Positions 59,601 through 64,000 of a stretch of 64,000 bases of DNA are shown here, one piece after another. The notes below the pieces were generated by a model. It was not told the DNA's origin and did not search any database. It was given only the letters and a program-made list of their open reading frames with translations. The stretch's first letter is position 1, and every line of letters starts with the position of its first letter. Position numbers and translations under genes: made by a program. This DNA comes from Marsupella aquatica (lineage: Eukaryota > Plantae > Marchantiophyta): the NCBI GenBank assembly GCA_973895155.1, contig OZ316893.1, positions 16,274,645 to 16,338,644 on the forward strand, read 5' to 3'.

Positions 59601-61770
59601 AGGTAGACTTTTGCAGCTCCCGCAGTCAAGCAAGCTCCTGCCATTCTCAAGCTGCCCTTTCCGATTCTTCATCCTCGTAGGTCCCAATGTACTTAGTTGC
59701 CCGTTTGAACAGGCATCCCCATAAATGAGCAGCTTGATTGACGTTGCTCATACCCTCCTTGAGTTGATAGTCAGTATCTGCTTCCGCCCAGAGTGCTTGC
59801 CTAAGCAGTTGACAGTAGTTGGCTTCTCGTACTTGTCTGCTTAGTTTGTGCTTCCAAATGAGTCGTCGTTCCTTGCGATCGGTCCTTACCCCCCTGGTCT
59901 TCCTTCCCATTGGTTACCCATAGCCGTCGGCACTTAGTGCGCCCTAACCCTAATCATGTTCCTTGCCGTGGCGTCCTTACTTCCGGCCTTGGCTTGGGTT
60001 CCATAGTCACCCTTGATTGTTTATAATTTCCTTGTTTTTGTTACTATACTAATGTGTTTTAAGGGTACACTCCTGGTTTTACCATTTTAACTGGACTAGT
60101 GACTCCTGGCTAGGCATCACATAGCTCCCCACTTAATTGTGAAGCATCCTCGCGAACAACTTCATCTTTGTCCATATAGTATTTCTTGAGGTAGTCGTAG
60201 TGAATCCGAACTGGGTACACCTCTCTAGTAATGTTGGCCAATTGTACGGAGCCATTGGAGAACTTCATGGTTACCCTGAAGGGTCCTAACCAGTGAGTGT
60301 AAAGTTTACCTGGAAACCTGCTATACCTATTATCATAAAATAATACTAGATCTCTTGTGTGAATACTAACTGGTTTTACCTTTTTATCATACTGTTGCTT
60401 CATTGTGTTTTGTCTATATTCTACTCTCTCTGCTGAAATCATTCTTTCCTCTTCTAGGGCTTCTAATCTATATTCTCGCTCCTATAGGCTTTCCTCCTCT
60501 AAGGCTCTATCCTTGAAACTTGGAATGTGGGAATCTCAAGTTGCATGGGAACCAGAGCTTCCTGTCCAAAGGTTAAGAAAAAAGGTGTATGACCAGTAGT
60601 GGATTTATAGGCTAAATTGTAAGCAAAAACAGCAGCAAACAATTTATCATCCCAATCGAGTTTGTTTTGGGCTACAGCTTTGTTTAATATTTTACCTATA
60701 ATTCCATTGGCTCATTCTATCAACCCATTTGCCTTTGGGTGGTAAGGAGTAGTAGGCCTAGGTCTAACTAAATACTGCTCATTTAAACGACTGATTATAT
60801 CATTCAGAAAATGGGTTCCTCTATCACTAACTAATTCTAGGGGTGCGCCATACCTGGTAAAGATCTGCTCATACATGAATCGAGCCGTAGTAATTGCATC
60901 ATCCTTCGTTGTTGGCCTGGCCTCTACCCACTTAATTGCATAATCCGTGGCCAGGATTATGTACTTGTTTCTCCGAGGATGGATCAATGGTTTCAGAGGT
61001 CCAATGTAGTCAATACCCCACTTCTCAAATGGGGCCAGAGGTAGAATAGGGTGCAGTGGATGTCTTGTGGACGCCCTTGGTCCTCCCGCTCGTTGACAAG
61101 GATTGCATTGTTTGATAAACTGATAGACATCCTTGTGCAAGGTGGGCCACCAGTACCCGACATGTAATATTTTTTTAGACGTGGTTACTGGAGCAAAATG
61201 TCCTCTGGCTTCCTCTCCATGCATACCCCGTAAGACTCGTTTTACCTCTCCCTTCTCCAAACACCTTTGAAGCGTGCCGCTGATCCCATACCTGTGTAGC
61301 AAGCCTTTAATGCACTGATACTATCTGACCTTCCGCAAAAAGACTACAACTTGTTCTTGGCTTAGCCCTGGCTGTAATCTGGATGTGCTGAGAAATTGCA
61401 AAATCTTCGGGTACCATGTATTAGCTATTTCCACAACGAATAGCTCCTCGTTGGGAAATTGATCATCAATGCAATCCGTGGCAGGTTCACCTGTGATCCT
61501 TGAAAAGAAGTCGGCATTGGCGTGTAGCTTTCCCGGCTTGATTTTTAGCTCGTAGTCAAATTCCTGTAATAGCAATATCCATCTTGCTACCCTGCTTGTA
61601 AGGTCCGGCTTATTTACTAAGTACTTCAAACTTTCATGATCAGTATAAAAGATTACCTTGTACCCTAGTAAATAGTGCATAAACTTTTTACATGAATAAA
61701 TGACTCCTAATGCTTCTCTTTCTGTGGTGGAGTAGTTTTGTTCGGCATCCGCAAGCTGGCGGCTTGCAAA
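53685..61770 (-). mobile_element. Older related Gypsy element, 3' part (RNase H, integrase, extra ORFs, probable 3' LTR 53685-55235)
   Basis: TDHESLKYL, VARWILLLQEFD, GHF...GYWWPT, EKWGIDYIGP, VSDRG and WLGPF. PPT AGAAGGGGAG just before TGTTAGG at 55235. Left LTR end inferred from where the Sola-like frame is cut. Confidence 0.85.
56400..59180 (-). pseudogene. Degenerate extra 3' ORF (ORF3-like N-terminus plus long coiled coil)
   Basis: GLEAFVKLP...LLEFVGSW...LTPRVIAEVFGLP N-terminal segment followed by E/K-rich heptad regions (57173-57931, 56831-57094). Several stops and frameshifts. Confidence 0.6.
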
Positions 61771-61794
61771 TGTTGGGTATTTACTCTTACGTCT

Positions 61795-61950
61795 AGGTTA
61801 GGTATGACGTGGTTGGTACAACAACGTGGGTTGGTACAACTATGTGGTTAGGTACAACTACGTGATTAGGTACAACTATGTGGTTAGGTACAACTACGTG
61901 ATTAGGTACAACTATGTGGTTAGGTACAACTATGTGGTTAGGTACAACTA
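61795..61950 (+). repeat. 18-bp tandem repeat in the LTR
   Basis: About 8 units of TGTGGTTAGGTACAACTA or variants. Confidence 0.9.
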
Positions 61951-63541
61951 AGTTGCACACTATATCATAAGAGGCATGTGTGCTTGGAGAGGTAGAACCA
62001 AGGCTCATTGTTATGGAGCCACTTGAGAGATAGGGAGAGCTTACACTGTGGAGACTCGGTATAGCCGACGGGCTTAGAGTTCAGTAAAGCTCTCTTGTGT
62101 GTTCCCGTGGACGTAGCCTCAAGGAGGTGAACCACGTATCTCTTGTGTCGACTATTGTGCGTTGGATGGTTCATGGGCTTGCCGTTGCGATCGTCGTCTA
62201 TGCTCAACAATTGGTATCAGAGCATGCTTGGGAGGTGACGTGTGTTCGTGACGGGATTTCATGACGGTTTTTCCAGCGTTGAGTGTTGGTGGATTTTCCA
62301 GAGTTCCATCGCATGGAACTTGGAGTTTATGGGCTCAACGGATAGATCAGGGCAAGAGCTTTCTAACGGTGTGAAGAAATCGTTGAACGGAGCTCGTGGT
62401 GCAGAGAGATCTAAGTTTTCGTCGTTCTGGATTTTGTGAAGAAAGTTGGCAATCGACTCGGAGGGAGAAGCGTCAAGTGTTTTGACTCAACGGAGAGATT
62501 GAGGCAAGACGATTGTTTTTGAGTCCGGGATTGGCTCTTTGATGCAAAGAGGAAGGCTAAGCAAAATCAATTACCTTGTTGGACTTGGTGACGGCACCAA
62601 GTGCAATTGATCAACATTCGTTGTTGACAAGGTACCATTTTTTTCTCTTTGAAAAACTGATTCGAAATTGGCTATGGCAATTGAGAGAAATCTGTCATCT
62701 TTACCAATTTTTTTCTCCCTCGTTCTTTCCTCGTTTTGAGTGCTTCTTATATCGATCTTCATTGCCTCGGAGTCTAGTTTCCAAATCTGAAATCGGATCT
62801 TGATTTCGTCAAAACCCGAGTGAGATATCTTGCGTTTGGTGTCGAGGGGTACATTCTGCCGTGTGTATTTTCTGCGCGCGCGACCAGATTTCGACGACGA
62901 AGGGTGGTAGGGGGTTTTGGGGGTTCGAGGACACATGTCAGCCCCTCGATTGTTCTTCCAAAATTCCCACAGGGCCTGTACAAGGGTCATAGAATATTCC
63001 AAAAAACCAGAGAGCTATTTTTTTACCGTCCGACAAAGATTTCATCCGCCGAACGGTAACTTTTTTGGTTATTTTTCGGCGAGGTCGTAGCCATTGAAGT
63101 TGGCAATGCAGCGCACCAATCACATCGCAATTCCGACAACGGGTTGTACTTGGTATTTCGGTTATTCCCTGAGGTGGTCAAAACGGGGGAGTTTCCCAAG
63201 GTTTTACCCACCTCGACCGAAATTTGAATAACTTTTCCGTCAAATTTCGATTTTGATTTCGGTTTTCAGTATTGGACTCCTAGCTTTGTAGGCTACGCGG
63301 CGGTGTTGAGTTTTGAGTTTTTTGAGAAGTTGTGAAAAACAACATTTTTTGTGACTTTCTCATATGAGTGATTCGGAGGAGTTTTTTCGAAGACGTGGAA
63401 CTTGAAGCACGAGGATCACCGCGGAGGTTTCAGGGGCAGAGAGAGGAGCAGGAGGAAGAGCACGTGACACCGATACCATCACCGGTGCGGCGTGTGGTGG
63501 AGGAAGCAGTACTACTACCGGAGCTCACGGTAAAGAAGAAG

Positions 63542-64000
63542 ATGGGGACTTTCAAGCTTGGGGGACCCAAGTATGAAGTGACAAAGTATGATGGGCGCTC
63601 TGACTACTTGCTATGGGAGAAGCAAGTGAAGGGAGTGCTTTATGCGTCAGGGATGGGCCAACTGCTGAGCCCTCGTGAAGACGATGTTGATGAGAAACAA
63701 TGGGACCGCATGCAGGAGCAGGGAGTGTGGTGTGTTACACTCTATCTCATGCCTCCCATCATCAAGCAGTTAGGTGCACATAAGGATTGCATGTCCTTGT
63801 TTGCGGAATTGCAGAGCAAGTATCACCGCAAGGAGTTGTCGAACCGGCTCTACACTTCCTACAAACTGATGAGTTTCAGGATGAAGGAATCTGGTACGAA
63901 GTTGCAAGACCATGTGGATGCTTTCAACGACATGGTCGTTGACTTGGAAAACCTTGGGGAGACTTTGAATGATGAGACGAAGGCTCTGCAGCTTCTTAGT
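63542..64000 (+). CDS. gag: Copia Gag N-terminus (runs off the window)
   Basis: MGTFKLGGPKYEVTKYDGRSDYLLWEKQVKGVL...SNRLYTSYKLMSFRM...DHVDAFNDMVVDLENL...KALQLLS, typical of Tnt1-type Gag. Not in the ORF track because the window contains no stop. Confidence 0.9.
   Translation, partial: MGTFKLGGPKYEVTKYDGRSDYLLWEKQVKGVLYASGMGQLLSPREDDVDEKQWDRMQEQGVWCVTLYLMPPIIKQLGAHKDCMSLFAELQSKYHRKELSNRLYTSYKLMSFRMKESGTKLQDHVDAFNDMVVDLENLGETLNDETKALQLLS

Larger units (their letters stand above)
61771..64000 (+). mobile_element. Copia (Tnt1/Tork-like) 5' part, inserted into the RNase H region of the older Gypsy
   Basis: LTR TGTTG...CAACA at 61771-62209. PBS TGGTATCAGAGC (tRNA-iMet) at 62212-62223. Confidence 0.9.

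Noticed and set aside
61793-62008. VVPNHI-repeat ORF
   Set aside because: Antisense translation of the 18-bp LTR tandem repeat.

Overview
Eukaryotic, transposon-saturated intergenic DNA with no recognisable host gene. The TE families and spliceosomal introns suggest a seedless land plant (bryophyte, lycophyte or fern); this is inference. Contents: three CACTA (En/Spm) elements or fragments, two Bianca-lineage Copia elements (one complete with LTRs and TSD), the 5' part of a Tnt1/Tork-like Copia, a very young 13.9-kb non-chromovirus Gypsy with extra ORFs, an older relative of it, a Gypsy pol fragment whose integrase ends in a PHD finger, a split Sola-like (DUF7869-type) transposase, MITEs and a probable LINE remnant. 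Best candidate for an undescribed system: two diverged CACTA copies each carry a SET-domain (lysine-methyltransferase-fold) exon inside the TnpD transposase transcription unit, between the transposase-associated zinc-finger exon and the Transposase_21 exons. Conserved phase-0 splice sites would allow alternative ZnF-SET and ZnF-TnpD products. Other notable items: a palindrome array shared by the young Gypsy LTRs and its ORF3 upstream region, a 351-bp target duplication suggesting one-ended integration, a second retropepsin-like ORF upstream of gag, and an inverted-LTR structure. All domain calls come from motif recognition by eye; no database searches were run.
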